A stretch of 45,968 nucleotides of DNA, the filler included, from Jimgerdemannia flammicorona (lineage: Eukaryota), in the NCBI GenBank assembly GCA_003990765.1. It is 2 parts of 2 records of this genome, joined end to end, with 100 filler letters (N's around TTAATTAATTAA, not from the genome) between each part and the next. Parts side by side here need not be neighbours in the genome. Positions count along the whole stretch, not along the records: positions 1 to 22,937 come from RBNJ01001182.1; positions 23,038 to 45,968 come from RBNJ01001183.1. One strand, given 5' to 3'. Position numbers and translations under genes: made by a program. The notes beneath the pieces were generated by a model. The model saw nothing but the letters and a program-made list of their open reading frames with translations, made no database searches and had not been told where the DNA came from. Of this stretch, positions 11,935 to 24,448 are shown piece after piece. Position 1 is the first letter of the stretch. The number at the start of each line of letters is the position of its first letter.

Positions 11935-14900
11935 GTCGGTGTATTGTTGAACGAGAAACCAGATTGTATAAAGTCGGCTTGTTCCAGCACCAGTGGTTTT
12001 ATGTATTGTGGAGAATGTTGATCATCCCCTCTAAACGGAATAGAATGTAAACATATGCAGCTTTAGGTATTGTTTTTTTAGATCGCGCACGCGAATCGGT
12101 GTTACATGACTCAACAAAGACAATGTAAATTTCTGCCAGCGCCACCTCCAGCACTTGCCACACTCCAACGCCACACCATTCGAGCTCACGCCTCGATGGC
12201 CGAGTTTAATTGGGAGAATGCACATTTACGGTTGCCGGGAACGAGAGAATACGTATATGCCAGAATAGACCTCGTCCCAAAATAAATCCTGCTACCAGTA
12301 ACTCCTGCTGCGTAGATCATAGCAATTAGCAGGGAAAAAAAGGTTTTTTTTTTTTTTTTTTTTTTCTCTACGCCCTGAAGAAATGAGCCTTCTTGACGTC
12401 ACCAGCAATGATACGACAAACGCGATTTCTTGTGCTTCGAGATCCGCCTATTATGGCAGTTACGGCGACCCATCTCCGAACGAGCCATCCAAATACGGAA
12501 TTTGTGCTGCAACATATGTTGGCTCGATATCCCAATGTGGTGTTCCTCCAAGTGCCGCCAGCGTTCCCATCCATACGACTATCGAATAACGACAGAAGAA
12601 TAGATATTCCTACGTTAAATTCACGTTTCTGTTCGTGCCACTTTGACGCACAACCGTGACCTCAGTGAAATTTACCATCGTATAATTCGGGAATGAGCCA
12701 TTGCATCGTTTAATTCGCAGGTTTAGTGTGCAGGAACAAATTCAAAGGCAGGTTTACCCGCTCCGGCGGCCTCAAGATTAAAACTTGGCATTCAGCTGAT
12801 CCAGCGTGGCCTGTCCGTTTTGCTGGATGCCTGCGCAATATTTCAATGGCGGACACGGTATTACGCATTCCGCGGACTTTGAAGTCGGAGATGATGGATG
12901 CTAAAGTGCCACGATGAGCTATTCAGGGTGGCAGGGTCCAAAACGATTGACCGCATTAGTGAGAGTGTGAAACAGTACTAAATATTAATGTCGTTCGAGC
13001 CAAATGCGATTAGCATCACAAAGTTCTAGCCAAGAGTTTTGGAAATAATCTCCACGAGGTGCTTGTAGCTGGTGATACCGATTATGGGACAGTGCTGTTC
13101 TTTCTCTAGCTTTAAACATTAAAAATATTTTTCTACGATAAGCTTCGATCTACCTCTGAATGGTGAATTTGGTGTCACTGACATAAATTCGAAGTTCAAC
13201 AATGTCGGAAAAGTTAATACTAAGGGTTCTAAACAAGGGCATGTTGGGTCAAGGCCGCCAAGATGACACGAATAGATTAAGTTCGCAGATCACTTGATAG
13301 TAGTGGGCCGAGAGATTTCCCATTGCTAGAACTTGGCAAGCAAAGTTCTATGTTTACTGTTGAAGCATTAACGTAAACTGACCATATTCTAACTCCACGA
13401 GACCCAGCACGTGAATTTCTAAAAATCATTGTGATTACATGTCCTTGACGGCTCCACCTTCCGCCAAAGAGTTACGACACCCGATTTGTTTTGGTGTATA
13501 GCATTTGCAGTAGATACAATTTATTAATAGATACGGGGCGAGATCTTGAGCTTTGTCGACTTTTGGCGTCTTCAGGTTATGACATTGTAGTCGTATATAA
13601 CGTCGCCTTTGATTTTGCTGCTATGCCTTCTGTGATGTGATCTGTTGGCAGGCAAAAGCACAAAATTTAAGATCGTCTGGAGCGAACTTCCTGATTGATT
13701 CTGAATCACGTAATATGAGCAATCCAGATAGGCCATAAGGTACTTTTTAATAAACTCCGCCTCATATGAGCGCAACATGATATGATCTTCAAAAGCCCGT
13801 GCACTGTGTGACAGTGCACGACTACTGAGAGGTCTATAATTATAGCTTGTAGACAGACATGTGAACTTTAGGATATATATATTTACTAATCTGTTTTTGG
13901 CGTAAAACATTTTCTCGTCAAATCTATTTAACCGCAAAACTTACGTGACGGGTTTTGCTCTGCAATTGGAGACGGGAAGCACCCAGCCACCAAAACTATA
14001 CTCACCAAAATGATCGTCCCAACATATGCACAAATGATTCCAAGAAATGGCATAACTCCGTTGCGCCCCCCCCCACCCGGCGCGTAAACTGGCTCATAAG
14101 TCCGCGCCGGATGACCAATCTTATGGCCGCTGTCTCCCAATCCCAGCTGTGTGGTCCTCTAACTTGGATGTATCTTCGATCGCCCGAATGGCCAGATGAG
14201 TCTCTATAGTTTTGCACTGCCATGCCATCTCCTGTCCGCTTCCTAGTAGCATATACAGACTTCATGGAACCAATATCACTTTTTGGTGTTGTCGTGTTGA
14301 CGTCATGGAACTGATCGTTTAGGTGCAAATCTGGAAGGTTGGATGTCACAATGGCGACATTGTGAACATATATTGATGGACCAGATGCCCGTTGTTGCCA
14401 CACGCGCACTCCAGCTGCAGTTGCTGCCAAGCGAGGCTAGACTAAGAGGGCCCTAAATAACATTTTTCCATACTTTCTAGGGACCTTTTAGTGAAGCCCC
14501 CCGCGTCATCGTTGGAGGAAACTTTGACGTGGACTCTGACTTCGCCCGGGCTGTCATTTATAGAGGCCGTTGACACACACTTTCGGATCGCAACGCATAC
14601 CTGAAATTGCGCCACCGGCCTGCTCCGCCGTGAAGGCGCGCTCGGCCCCGAGTGGCGGATATACCGGCGGCAGCGCCTCCTCGAAATCCGCCAGAAATAA
14701 AAACGGGAACAGGAAATCCATGATGAGCCCCCAACTTCACCTTGCCTCAATCTGGACCTCACATACACGGGGGTAACCAACATGCACTTCTTAATTTTAG
14801 CACATAATTATTTATAATAGTTGTATTAAAATGTGGTACATTCATGTCCTGGTGGAGAAGCCTGGTGCCAGCATCAAATGAGGCATCATCACCGTTTCAT

Positions 14901-16627
14901 GCAAACCGTTCAAGCCCAGACTAATCTTTGGCTTCGTAATATTCGGACTGGTATGTCTCGAGATATTTAAGAAATTCCTCTGAAGAATTTCAGGTTTTGG
15001 TAAGCTCGTCGTTAGTAAATAAAAGGGGAACTGAGAGGGCAGATTGCACAAGAAAATGGTGATGCATTTATCGACGATGCGACCGGAGGATCTCTTGTAA
15101 AAGAATGTTCATGGCGATTCAATGGATTCACTCGTCTCCATCTCCAGTAAGTTGGTTCAATAAAGGTCCCGCCGACCTGAGAGATATCACATAAGAATAC
15201 GATCAACCCAAGGGCATAGAATAAAGAAAGTATTGACAAGAAGGTGGAGACGTCTCATCTCGCATGTCGTTCGAGCATTATTCACAACCAATAATATAGA
15301 TGGATGAAGTGATATCGTGTGTCGTCACGATGGCAAGAATATCGAGGTGGTAAAGGCATTTATAAGCATCAATACGATTACTGACAACAGACGACTGAGG
15401 AATACAATTACTACAACGAGAAAATCACCATTGCTTGTTTATGAGCAATGCGTCCATTCGATCGATGGTCAAAAGTGCAATCATCTCTCTTCTACCATTG
15501 CCAAGATCTTGGTGTATCCCGAGAACTTGATACACTGGCTACGTCCTCAGAGGAAGGATAACTCTCCCTTTCTATCCCCTCCAGACCAATTATTTATTAA
15601 TATTTTGATAACTAGATATGGAGGTTTGTATATACCTTTGGACGTGGGCCGATAAACCATGGCCTCCTCAGCTGCGGGTTCCCTGCGCCACCCAGGAGAT
15701 TCGATAGGTTTAGGATGAGACGACGTAGGTGGATATTTAAGAAAGAATGGAATTCGCTCTTTGTTTGATGGCGATGTCAGTTAGATTGGATTTTGTGGTG
15801 GCAGCACGCGTGCATGATATTATTGAATGATAGTATTCATTTATGAGAGGTCAACACTTTGCATTCCCCTTGGCTATTGAAAAATCATCAATCAAACGGC
15901 ACACCAATTGTCGATTTCTCATTGGAAACCACTGTTAAATATGTCGAGTCGTGGGGACTTGTATGTCCCTTTCCAGCATTCGATATCCTTGTCATCGTCA
16001 GAGGCAACGGAAGAAAGGCTCGCGTAAAAGACAAGGAATCCAACACAGACCAAGGTAGGCTCAATATTACGTGTTAACAAATCAATGTCAGATTTACATA
16101 AAACACTTCTCTAGCCACACTTACCAAACTCAGTCATAGGCCTTCTCCTGATCCAAGAAGACCAATCTTCTATTCAGTCCACTAGCTCTTACTCCTTCAA
16201 TTATACTATATACCTATACTGTCTCATCTCTAATTAGCCTACTCCCAATAAAGCCCCATTACTTATTACTTAATATCTATTGGGCCATCTCACAATAATT
16301 ACTTTAGTGATCAACTTTCTGTCTATATCTAGAAGTATAATAGGTTACCAATTTCTCCAATTCTCCCTCCCACCTTGTTCTTATATAGCAGTGTTATGAC
16401 TTTCCAAAGAGATTATACTGCCTTAGGGCTTGGTGGCTGAAGAGAGCTATCAAGCTATAGAAAAAAGAATGGGTACCTTTGATGCAGTAAATCTAAGAGG
16501 TGAGGTTTTCCCCTAGAGGATTCTCTGGTGATTTGCTGTCTATGATTAGACTGAGAGACAGTAGGCACTTGTGATATTGAAGATTCTGATAGAGAATAGT
16601 AGAGGAGCTCACCACATTGATTTCCAG

Positions 16628-16997
16628 TAGTGCTCTCAATGAATTGAATTGAATCAAATTTGACCCAAATTTAATTTGATTCAATCAAATCAAAGGTCTA
16701 ATTTGATTTAATTTGAATTGAATCAAAGGTTCAATTCAATTTAAGATTTGATTTGAACTCTATTTTTTGAAATATAATAACTTGATAAAAATATGTCCAA
16801 ATTTAATAATCTTTAGCTTGTTAGATTCCTCTATATAAGTAAAATCTAACAAGCTAAAGATCTTTAAATTTGGATATATTTTTATTGAGTCATTATATTT
16901 TGAAAAATAGGATTTGAATCAGACTCTCAATTTAATTCAATTTGAATGACTCTCAATTTGATTTGATTAAATTGATTCAATTTATTTAGGAGCACTA
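16628..16997. mobile_element. Foldback/MITE-like non-autonomous DNA transposon, hAT-like ends
   Basis: Termini TAGTGCTC...GAGCACTA. The arms are inverted repeats, with a perfect 19-bp inner stem atctttagcttgttagatt/aatctaacaagctaaagat. Flanks atttccag (16620-16627) and gttttcag (16998-17005) match at 6/8, like a decayed 8-bp TSD. Confidence 0.75.
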
Positions 16998-17169
16998 GTT
17001 TTCAGTAGTATAGTAATGAGAGAGAAGCCCAGTGAGGTCATGTAATATAGAGATGAGACAGACTTCTGTTAGGCAGCAAGTATCACACACCTTTCTCTGG
17101 TAACATTCAGGTTACACAATCTTTTAGCAACACTTTCAACACAGTTTCTGGAGAAAAGCTACTAGTATC

Positions 17170-19199
17170 ATGGCGACCAACGAGCAGCCGGAGGTGCGTA
17201 CTGGGCAGGGTGGCCCTGGAGCATTTGAATGGCAGCGAGTAAGGAGAGGCCCCGGCTTGGGGGGAAGTATGAGGGGCCTACTGGCAGGAGGCCATAGTGG
17301 AGGAGGGGGTGGAGCTGGAGGTCAGGGGTCTGGCAGAGTGAGCTTCGCGGAGAAGGTGAAGGGGGGTCGGCAGGGAGCTGGACTGGAGAGCTGGCTGAGA
17401 GGGGGGAAGGTACCGGTGAAGGCTTCCAAGCAGCAACCTCTTGGGGATATCTCTCTGGAGGGCCATAGGGGTGGAGCTGGGGGGTTGCGGCTGGGGCGGG
17501 GACTGCTGATGGAGGTGTGATGGGTGATTTGAAAAAAAATCTAGATGGGACTACTGATAGTGAGCCAAGCGGTGGGAAGGGCACAAGGCCCAGGGACCTG
17601 GCAGATGGTGTAATAGGACTGGCAGTGGCTCCATTACTCAAGAAGTCGATCTCGGTATTTTTAGTCATGCTGTGCTTCCGGGGCTTAGCGGTGACAGCAA
17701 AAATGGTGTTGGGGCTTATCGCTAAGCAGGTGGCAGAAGCAGTTTTGGTGAAGTTTCTAAAGAGACTGGAGGGGATGGAGGTGGGTTTTGAGGAGGTTAG
17801 ACCACTGGAGGAGGCACTAAAGATTGGGTTGGTGGTTGGAGAGGTGTGTGTTCTGATGGCAAGGTGTTTGAAATGGGATCTGAGAGTGATCCAACTGCTG
17901 GTGAAAGGAGTACCCACAGTGACAGTGATGGAGATGAGGAAGAGAGTGGAGGATGTCATGGCAGAGTATGGAGAGGTGGTGGATATCGGATTCAGGGTCT
18001 GGGAAGAGACCATGCTAAGGACTAGGGATGTGGATGTGAGGATTCAGCTGGCTGGGAAAGAGGCTACCAGGAAGATGAGGGACTGGCCTTCAGTGATGGT
18101 TTGGGGAGCATTCCTGTGCAAGGTGACATGGGTGAAAGGAAGTGAAGAAGAGGAGGAGGATCTTTTGGAAGTGCTGGAGGAGCTGGATGGAGCTGTGGAA
18201 TGGCGAGCTAAGGCCTGGAAGATTTTTGAGGAGTTGACGCACCTGGAGGTGGTAGATGGAAAGAGGATTCGAGTGGACAAGGTGCAGTGAGAAAGAACTT
18301 AGGGGTGGAAGAGGCAGAAGGATTTGCTGACTAAACTGGGGGGTGTACTACAGAAGGATGCGAGCATGAAGATGGGTGCAGAAGGGGCTGGAGCGAGTGT
18401 CTGGGCTGGTGAGAGGAGTGGGAATGATGGGGCAAAGACAGAGAAGGCTCAAGAGGTGAAGATTAGCGACCCATATGCTGACAGCATCTTGGAGGTTTGG
18501 GATGAAGTCTGGGAGAACTCCCCCACTCCTTCTCCTCTTATCAGGTGTGGCCCAGCCTCCAGGAACAAGGCTGGGGAAGACATGATGATGCTGGGGACCC
18601 AGCAGGTGAAATTCAGCATTCTGGAGGTGATGGATGGAGACCAAGTAGTGGCGGCCAGAAAGGAGGAACTGGTGGATGTCCTGGAGGTGTGGGATGAGGA
18701 TGCGAGTGCGGGAGCTGACACCATGATGCTGGACGGAGAGAGGCCAGTGACCCCTGGTGGGAAGGAGGTGGGGAACTTACTTTGGATGTGCCAGATGATG
18801 AATAACCTGGCAGCTGAAGAGCTGGGAGAGGTGGACTTGTGTGGGATGGGTGATGAGCACTGGATGAGAATTCTGCAGGGGGAAGGAGTGGTGATGGCGC
18901 TGAAGGCGGAAATTCTTGCAGTGTATCTGGAGGAGAAAGAGTATGAGGTGGACAAGGAGAGGGAGGCAGAGTTGGCAGTTGTTGCTGGGGAGAAGGCTGA
19001 GTACTATTGGAACAGGCATCATGGGTTACAGCTTTGGCAGAAGGCTTGCATCAAGTATAGAGAGGAGTTTGAGGAGAAGGCTGATGAGGAGATGAATGAG
19101 CTGTTGGCTGGACTGGAGGCTCAGAGGGCTGAAGAGGAGGAGGTGATGGCTGAACATAATCTGAACATGGCACAGGAGGAGATGGGCATGGAGCAGTAG
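17170..19199 (+). pseudogene. LINE copy A ORF1 (disrupted)
   Basis: Consecutive ORF pieces 17170-17520, 17517-18290 and 18324-19199 are homologous to 31929-33595 (DLADGVIG..PLLKK, EYGEVVDIGF.VWE, EEEEDLLE.LE). Confidence 0.8.
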
Positions 19200-19229
19200 A
19201 GATTGATTGCGAACAAACAATATTTCATT

Positions 19230-22200
19230 ATGAACAGTATAACCAACATTTTTTCTTTGAATGTGAATGGGCTAAGGGGCACTGTTAGGTGCAGGAACAT
19301 TTTTATTTGGTTGAAGGGATTGGAGGCCGATCTCTTCCTCTTGCAGGATGTCAGGTGCGAAGATGACTCTGATAGGGTGGAATGGACTAAGAAATAGGGT
19401 GGCATGGCGATTTGGAACAGTAAGGTCGGGATTCTGGTTCAGAAAGGCAGAGGGGAGATAAGGAATGTGAGGAGCTGGGGGGAGAGACTGGTCTGGGGTG
19501 AGTGGATTTGTGCAGGTTGGGAGCCAGTCACAGTTGACTCCTGTTACTGCCCTGCTGTGTGGGGGGAGCATGTAGACTGGGTGAAAGGGCTCCTGGAGAG
19601 TGAGATCCTTGCTGAAGCTGGGTTAGATATGCTTGGAGGAGATTTCAATATGGTTCGGGATGTACAGCTGGATAGAACTAATAGAGGATGGGGTGCTGAG
19701 AGTAGGAGTAGGGGGCTGGTAATGTGGGAGGAGGTCGAAAGGCTAGGAGTACTGATGAATGCTGGTAGGGAGTACTGGGGGGACAGGAGGGTATATACGC
19801 ATTGGGCTGGAGGTTTGGGGACAAGAATTGACTGGATTCTGATGGCCGACTGTTGGAGCTGCGATGTTTAGAAGGTGCTAGAGGTAGAATGGTATCCATG
19901 GTCAGATCACTGGGACCTTTTGGGACAGGGGTGTTTTGGGGGAAGTGGTGATGGGCCTGGACATTGGTGCCTAAACTCCTCCTTGTTGGATGATGAGTCC
20001 CGGTAGGAGGAGTGGACAAACGACATTCAGCTGAAGGTAGTGAATTGGCAGCAGGAAGGGGCTGCGATTGGGGTTCGGTGGTTGAGGATGAAAGAGATGG
20101 CCAGGATGTATTGGAGTGAGGCTGGCAGAGTGGCTGGGAAGCAGCGAAGGCAGAAAGTGCATTGGGCTTCTACTAGATTGGTTAGGCTCCTGGAGGAGTG
20201 GGCAAGACTGGCAGTAGTAGAGGGGGAAGAGGATTGGAGAATAGCGAGGGTGAAAATGGAGGTTGGGGAACTACAACAGGTGCTGCGGGAAGAGGAAGAG
20301 TCAAGGGTGTAAGGCCTGGTGGCACGGCTTCATTGGCAGGGGCTGGAGGAAGGGGAGAGGTCTTCCAAGTTTCTCATGAGGGCACTTTAAGCGAGAAGGG
20401 TACAGCAGCAGTGGGAAGGGGTACTTGACTTAGATGGTGTACTAGTGCATGGTGTACAGGACATCCTTGGAATGCTGAAGGCATGATGGAGTGGATTGTG
20501 GAGTGAGGAGGAGGGTGGGGTGGATGCTACGGCTATTGACCAAATATTAGAAGATTGGCACCCACCACAAGCTGAAAGACTAGGTGACCTGGTGATGCCT
20601 GTAAAGGAGGATGAGATCCACCAGATTCTTGCCGCGACAGCCTTGGGTATGGCACCTGGGGAGGATGGCCTCCCCTGGGACTTCTGGAAGCAAATGGTTG
20701 GAGTCTCGGGCATGTTGGGGGAGTTGACAGCACTGTGTGACTCTATACTGTAGTCAGGGAGATGGGTGGGGGAGCAGAATCTTGGACTGGTGACACTGCT
20801 TTATAAGAACAAGGGGAGGTGAGAGGATTGGAAGAACTGGCAGCCGATAATGTTGCTAGACATGGACAGAAAGTTGGTGACTAAGGTGGTGATCACAAGG
20901 CTACAGAAGGTGGCCCAGCAAATTGTGGGTGTTGAGCAGAGGGGCTTCATAGGGGGTCGGCTCATTAGAGATGGCATAGCCTGGGTACATAGAGTTATTG
21001 AAGGTGCTCGAGCCTGTGGACTAGATGGGCATCTTGTCTTCTTGGATCAGGAGAAGGCTTATGACCAGGTGCAGCGAGTCTGGCTGGCAAAAGTATTAGA
21101 TAGAATTGGGGTTCCAGTCCCATTTCGGTTGGCAATGGTCAGCCTACTGGAAAGGAGTAGGGCTGCACTCGTGTGTAATGAGCATAGAGGGGTAGCTTTC
21201 CCTCTAGGTAGGGGAGTGCCCCAGGGGGACCCACTGTCCCCCATATTGTATGTATGCTCTTTCTTTAGAACCTCTAATGGACAGGATTCGGCAGAGGATA
21301 GTGGGGCTCTCTATCTATGGCATTGGCTGGAAGGTTGGAGCCTTTGCAGATGATATGGTAGTTGGTTTGGGAGTGACTGTGGATGTCGAGGAGCTCAAGA
21401 AGACAGTGGAGTGGTATGAGGAGAACTCTGGGGCAAAGCTGAATTGGTACAAGTGCAAAACAATGGTACTGGGCAATGGCCTGGTGGGCAGAGAAGTTAT
21501 TGGAACAATTGTCCCCACTGGAGAGGTAGTGTAGTACTTGGGCATCTATTTGTCAGTCTATGGGTCTGTTTTGCCCAGGCTGTAGTGAGAGCAGTAGATT
21601 GAAATTTGGGAGGAGGACCTGCAGGGTTGGGGGGGTAGACGCTTCTCTCTGGCAGGAAGGATCTCGATTTTGAATATATACTGGCTGCCAAAGCTGTGGT
21701 ATTTGGCTTATCATCTGGACTTCCCAGCCTGAGTGGTGAAGAGATTGGTAAAGGTGGCTAAGGGATGGATTTGGGCTGGCAGACGGAGTCAGATTGGTTG
21801 GGAGACTTTGTCCCTACTGGTGGCGAGAGGTGGTCTTGGGCTGGTGGACTTCTCCAAAAGACTACACTGCTTGAGGGCATGGTGGCTGAGGAGGGCGGTG
21901 GAGTTGCATGGAGGGGGCTGGGTTCCCCTACTACAGAAGGTATGGGAGAGGCAGACATCACCAAGAGGCTTGACTGGTGATCTTCTGTCATTAGTTGGGC
22001 TTCAGAACACTGCGCAACTGAGATATAAAGGCTTCTGGTGGGGGATAGCCAAGGGGGTACACCACATTGGTATTCGCTGGTGAGGGGATGAGGGGGAGAG
22101 GGCTTGGGGCCCGGCAATGTGGAGATGGGATGGCATTCTTCTGGGAGGCATGCCTTTACTTGAGTTCAACATTAATAATGGCATCGAATGCCAAAGGGGA

Positions 22201-22890
22201 CCAGGCCAGGATCTGTGGTCTAGTGGTTGGCAAGGAGTTGGAATTGGTGAGGAGTAGGACTGGCATGGGGTCTGGACCTGGAGTGCTGCAGTGAAGAATT
22301 GGATGCCGCCGAAGTACTGGGTGGTCTGGTGGCATGTGCTGAGGAGGAATGTGATGCTTAACTTCCACTCAGGACACCTTGTTGTAGGGGGCTGCTTTGA
22401 TTGCAAGGAGTACCATAATGTAGGGCAGGAAGGGAGATTTGTACAAATGCCAGAACATTGGCTAGAGGAGTGTGAGGTGTTGGGAGACTTTTGGCGGGCC
22501 ATTGGGGATTGCTTGGGGGTAAGGCATAGGGGTGATGATGTATGGGGGAGGTGGGAGGACCTGAGGGATTGATTGATAGGAGGGGTAGGGGAGGAGTGAA
22601 TTACTCTAGGCTGGGCATTGGCTATTTGGGTTGGGCTGGCTGGTCACTGGCTATTTATATTTGAGGAGGAGAGGCGACAGAGCCTGGGGAGCCAGTTATC
22701 ACAATAGCAGTGCCTTATGGAGGATACCTTGATGGGCTGGTGGATTGGTTGGGGGCCGCAGGGGGGTCGGAGGCACTGCTTAGTAGAGAAAATCTGTGGT
22801 CAGAGTGGTGGGAGAGTTGGAGTTATTGGTGAGAGGGTGGTCTTTGTCCGGGAAGAGGTGGGGAGGGGCCCCCCGATGGGGATCGGATAG
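19230..22890 (+). pseudogene. LINE copy A ORF2: APE endonuclease, reverse transcriptase, C-terminal Cys/His finger (many stops and frameshifts)
   Basis: IFSLNVNGLR, FLLQDV, GGDFN, SDH (endonuclease); PGEDG, LDQEKAYD, GVPQGDPLSP, AFADD (RT); RGGLGL; CKE..PEHWLEEC. Confidence 0.92.
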
Positions 22891-22937
22891 TGGGAGGTAA
22901 TATTATATACTTATTCATAGACTGGTAATAAAGGCGG

Positions 22938-23037
22938 NNNNNNNNNNNNNNNNNNNNNNNNNNNNNNNNNNNNNNNNNNNNTTAATTAATTAANNNNNNN
23001 NNNNNNNNNNNNNNNNNNNNNNNNNNNNNNNNNNNNN
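22938..23037. other. Assembly gap / artificial contig spacer
   Basis: Two N runs flank TTAATTAATTAA (22982-22993), which gives stops in all six frames. Confidence 0.95.
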
Positions 23038-23611
23038 ATAAAAAATAAAATAAAAAAAAAAAAGCCAACGGAACAAATCAATAAAGGGGAAGAAAAAGAG
23101 CTTCGATGTAGGGGTGGAAGAGCTGCAAAGGAAGAGGGAGGCCAAGGATGACGATCGAAAGCACGAGTTGCGCCGAGGATCGATTCCGGAAACCAGCAAG
23201 CCTGCCAGCTCGTTAACAAACAGCAAAACCAACGAACTTGTTTTCAGCATATGACGACAAGGAGGCACTTGCTTGGGCGGAGGGGATCTCATCAACAGCG
23301 CGGGGCGCGCCGTTCTGGCAGCCCCGATGGGCGGGAAAATAGAGACACATTCACGCCTTATTGTTTCGTGGCGTCAGCTCAACACCTTTGGCGGTGTTCA
23401 GTAAATATCCTTCGCCCACAGTGTTTAAGGCTGCTTTTTATCAAATCGTTTATTAGAATATGGCAAAAAAGCGAGTACGGTCTAGATATTTATAGCTCTA
23501 TCAATATTTAAATCTAGGAAAATTGCGATAACAAAAAGCTACTGCAAACCATGGACAACATGGATTTGCGTCAGAGCACGCAATACACGAATGAGAATCT
23601 CTTACGACATT

Positions 23612-24448
23612 TCACGCCTGCTCAGTATCGCTCGCGGGTTGGGTCGGCTGAACGCCATTGGTGGCGCTCGGCGCACCGTTACCGTTGGTCGGGGCGGGTT
23701 CCTCACCGTTACCGTTGGTCGGGGCGGGAGGCCCACCGTTACCGTTGGTCGGGGCGGGAGGCCCACCGTTACCGTTGGTCGGGGCGGGTTCCTCACCGTT
23801 ACCGTTGGTCGGGGCGGGTTCCTCAGCCTGGGCGGCAGATGGATTGACGGAGACATCATTCCGGTTGTTGACGTTGATGCCAGGCAAGGGAGCGCTGCCA
23901 GCGTACGGTTGGAAATTGCCACCGTTCTGGTAGGGGTGGTAACCGTTGGCACGGTAGGGGGACGCGGGCTGACCGTTGGACGGGAACTGGCCGCCGAACG
24001 GAAGAAAAGGGGATGCTTGTCCTGGGATGAACTGGCCGTTTTGGTTGTTTGCCGGGAACTGCTGGTTGTCGCCGAAGGGAAAGCCTCCGGACTGCCCCGG
24101 GAAGATCGAGCGATCGAAGGGGGATCGTGGGCCTGAGATGAGCTGGCCGCCCTTGTTGTAGGTCGGGAATGGGGACCCCGGGGTGATCTGCTGACCGCCG
24201 ATCAAGACGTTGCTGGGGAACGACTGCACGTTACCCTGCCCATTGACCTGGCCGTTGTCCTCCATGTTGTCCTGCCCGTTGCCCTGTCCGTTGCCCTGTC
24301 CGTTGCCCTGTCCGTTGGTCAGCCCTGTGGCCTGTCCGTTGGCCAGCCCATTGGCGCCTTGCTGTTGACGGGAAATGAGGGGGCTAGCGGTGGAGAGGCC
24401 GATGAGGGCAATGACGGCGACGGCGAAGAGGAGGGTGTTGGGAGACAT
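23612..24448 (-). CDS. Secreted low-complexity N/G/Q/P-rich repeat protein (cell-wall or extracellular candidate)
   Basis: 278-aa ORF. Signal MSPNTLLFAVAVIALIGLSTASPL, NGQG repeats, five (EE/GP)PAPTNGNG repeats, no Cys, C-ending codon bias. Confidence 0.85.
   Translation of the reverse strand: MSPNTLLFAVAVIALIGLSTASPLISRQQQGANGLANGQATGLTNGQGNGQGNGQGNGQDNMEDNGQVNGQGNVQSFPSNVLIGGQQITPGSPFPTYNKGGQLISGPRSPFDRSIFPGQSGGFPFGDNQQFPANNQNGQFIPGQASPFLPFGGQFPSNGQPASPYRANGYHPYQNGGNFQPYAGSAPLPGINVNNRNDVSVNPSAAQAEEPAPTNGNGEEPAPTNGNGGPPAPTNGNGGPPAPTNGNGEEPAPTNGNGAPSATNGVQPTQPASDTEQA
23674..23823. repeat. 30-bp coding tandem repeat x5
   Basis: Unit caccgttaccgttggtcggggcggg(ttcct/aggcc) at 23674, 23704, 23734, 23764 and 23794. 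Confidence 0.95.

Larger units (their letters stand above)
17088..22937 (+). mobile_element. Near full-length degenerate non-LTR retrotransposon (L1/Tx1-like LINE), copy A
   Basis: 5' UTR cacctttctctggta shared with copies B and C. Two ORFs. 3' end with AATAAA (ggtaataaagg) running into the gap. Confidence 0.92.

Noticed and set aside
13572..15720. Possible multi-exon minus-strand gene
   Set aside because: Splice-like signals and short ORFs exist, but I found no coherent frame or recognisable domain.
16080..16620. AT-rich, CpG-depleted stretch next to the MITE
   Set aside because: Probably a decayed repeat, but there are no termini or protein motifs I can assign.
17168..18013. 281-aa Ser/Pro/Thr-rich antisense ORF and similar ones (e.g. 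31907-33016)
   Set aside because: Shadow ORFs produced by the G-rich LINE sense strand.
22938..23037. TTAATTAATTAA palindrome between N runs
   Set aside because: Artificial six-frame-stop contig spacer; the two sides may not be adjacent in the genome.
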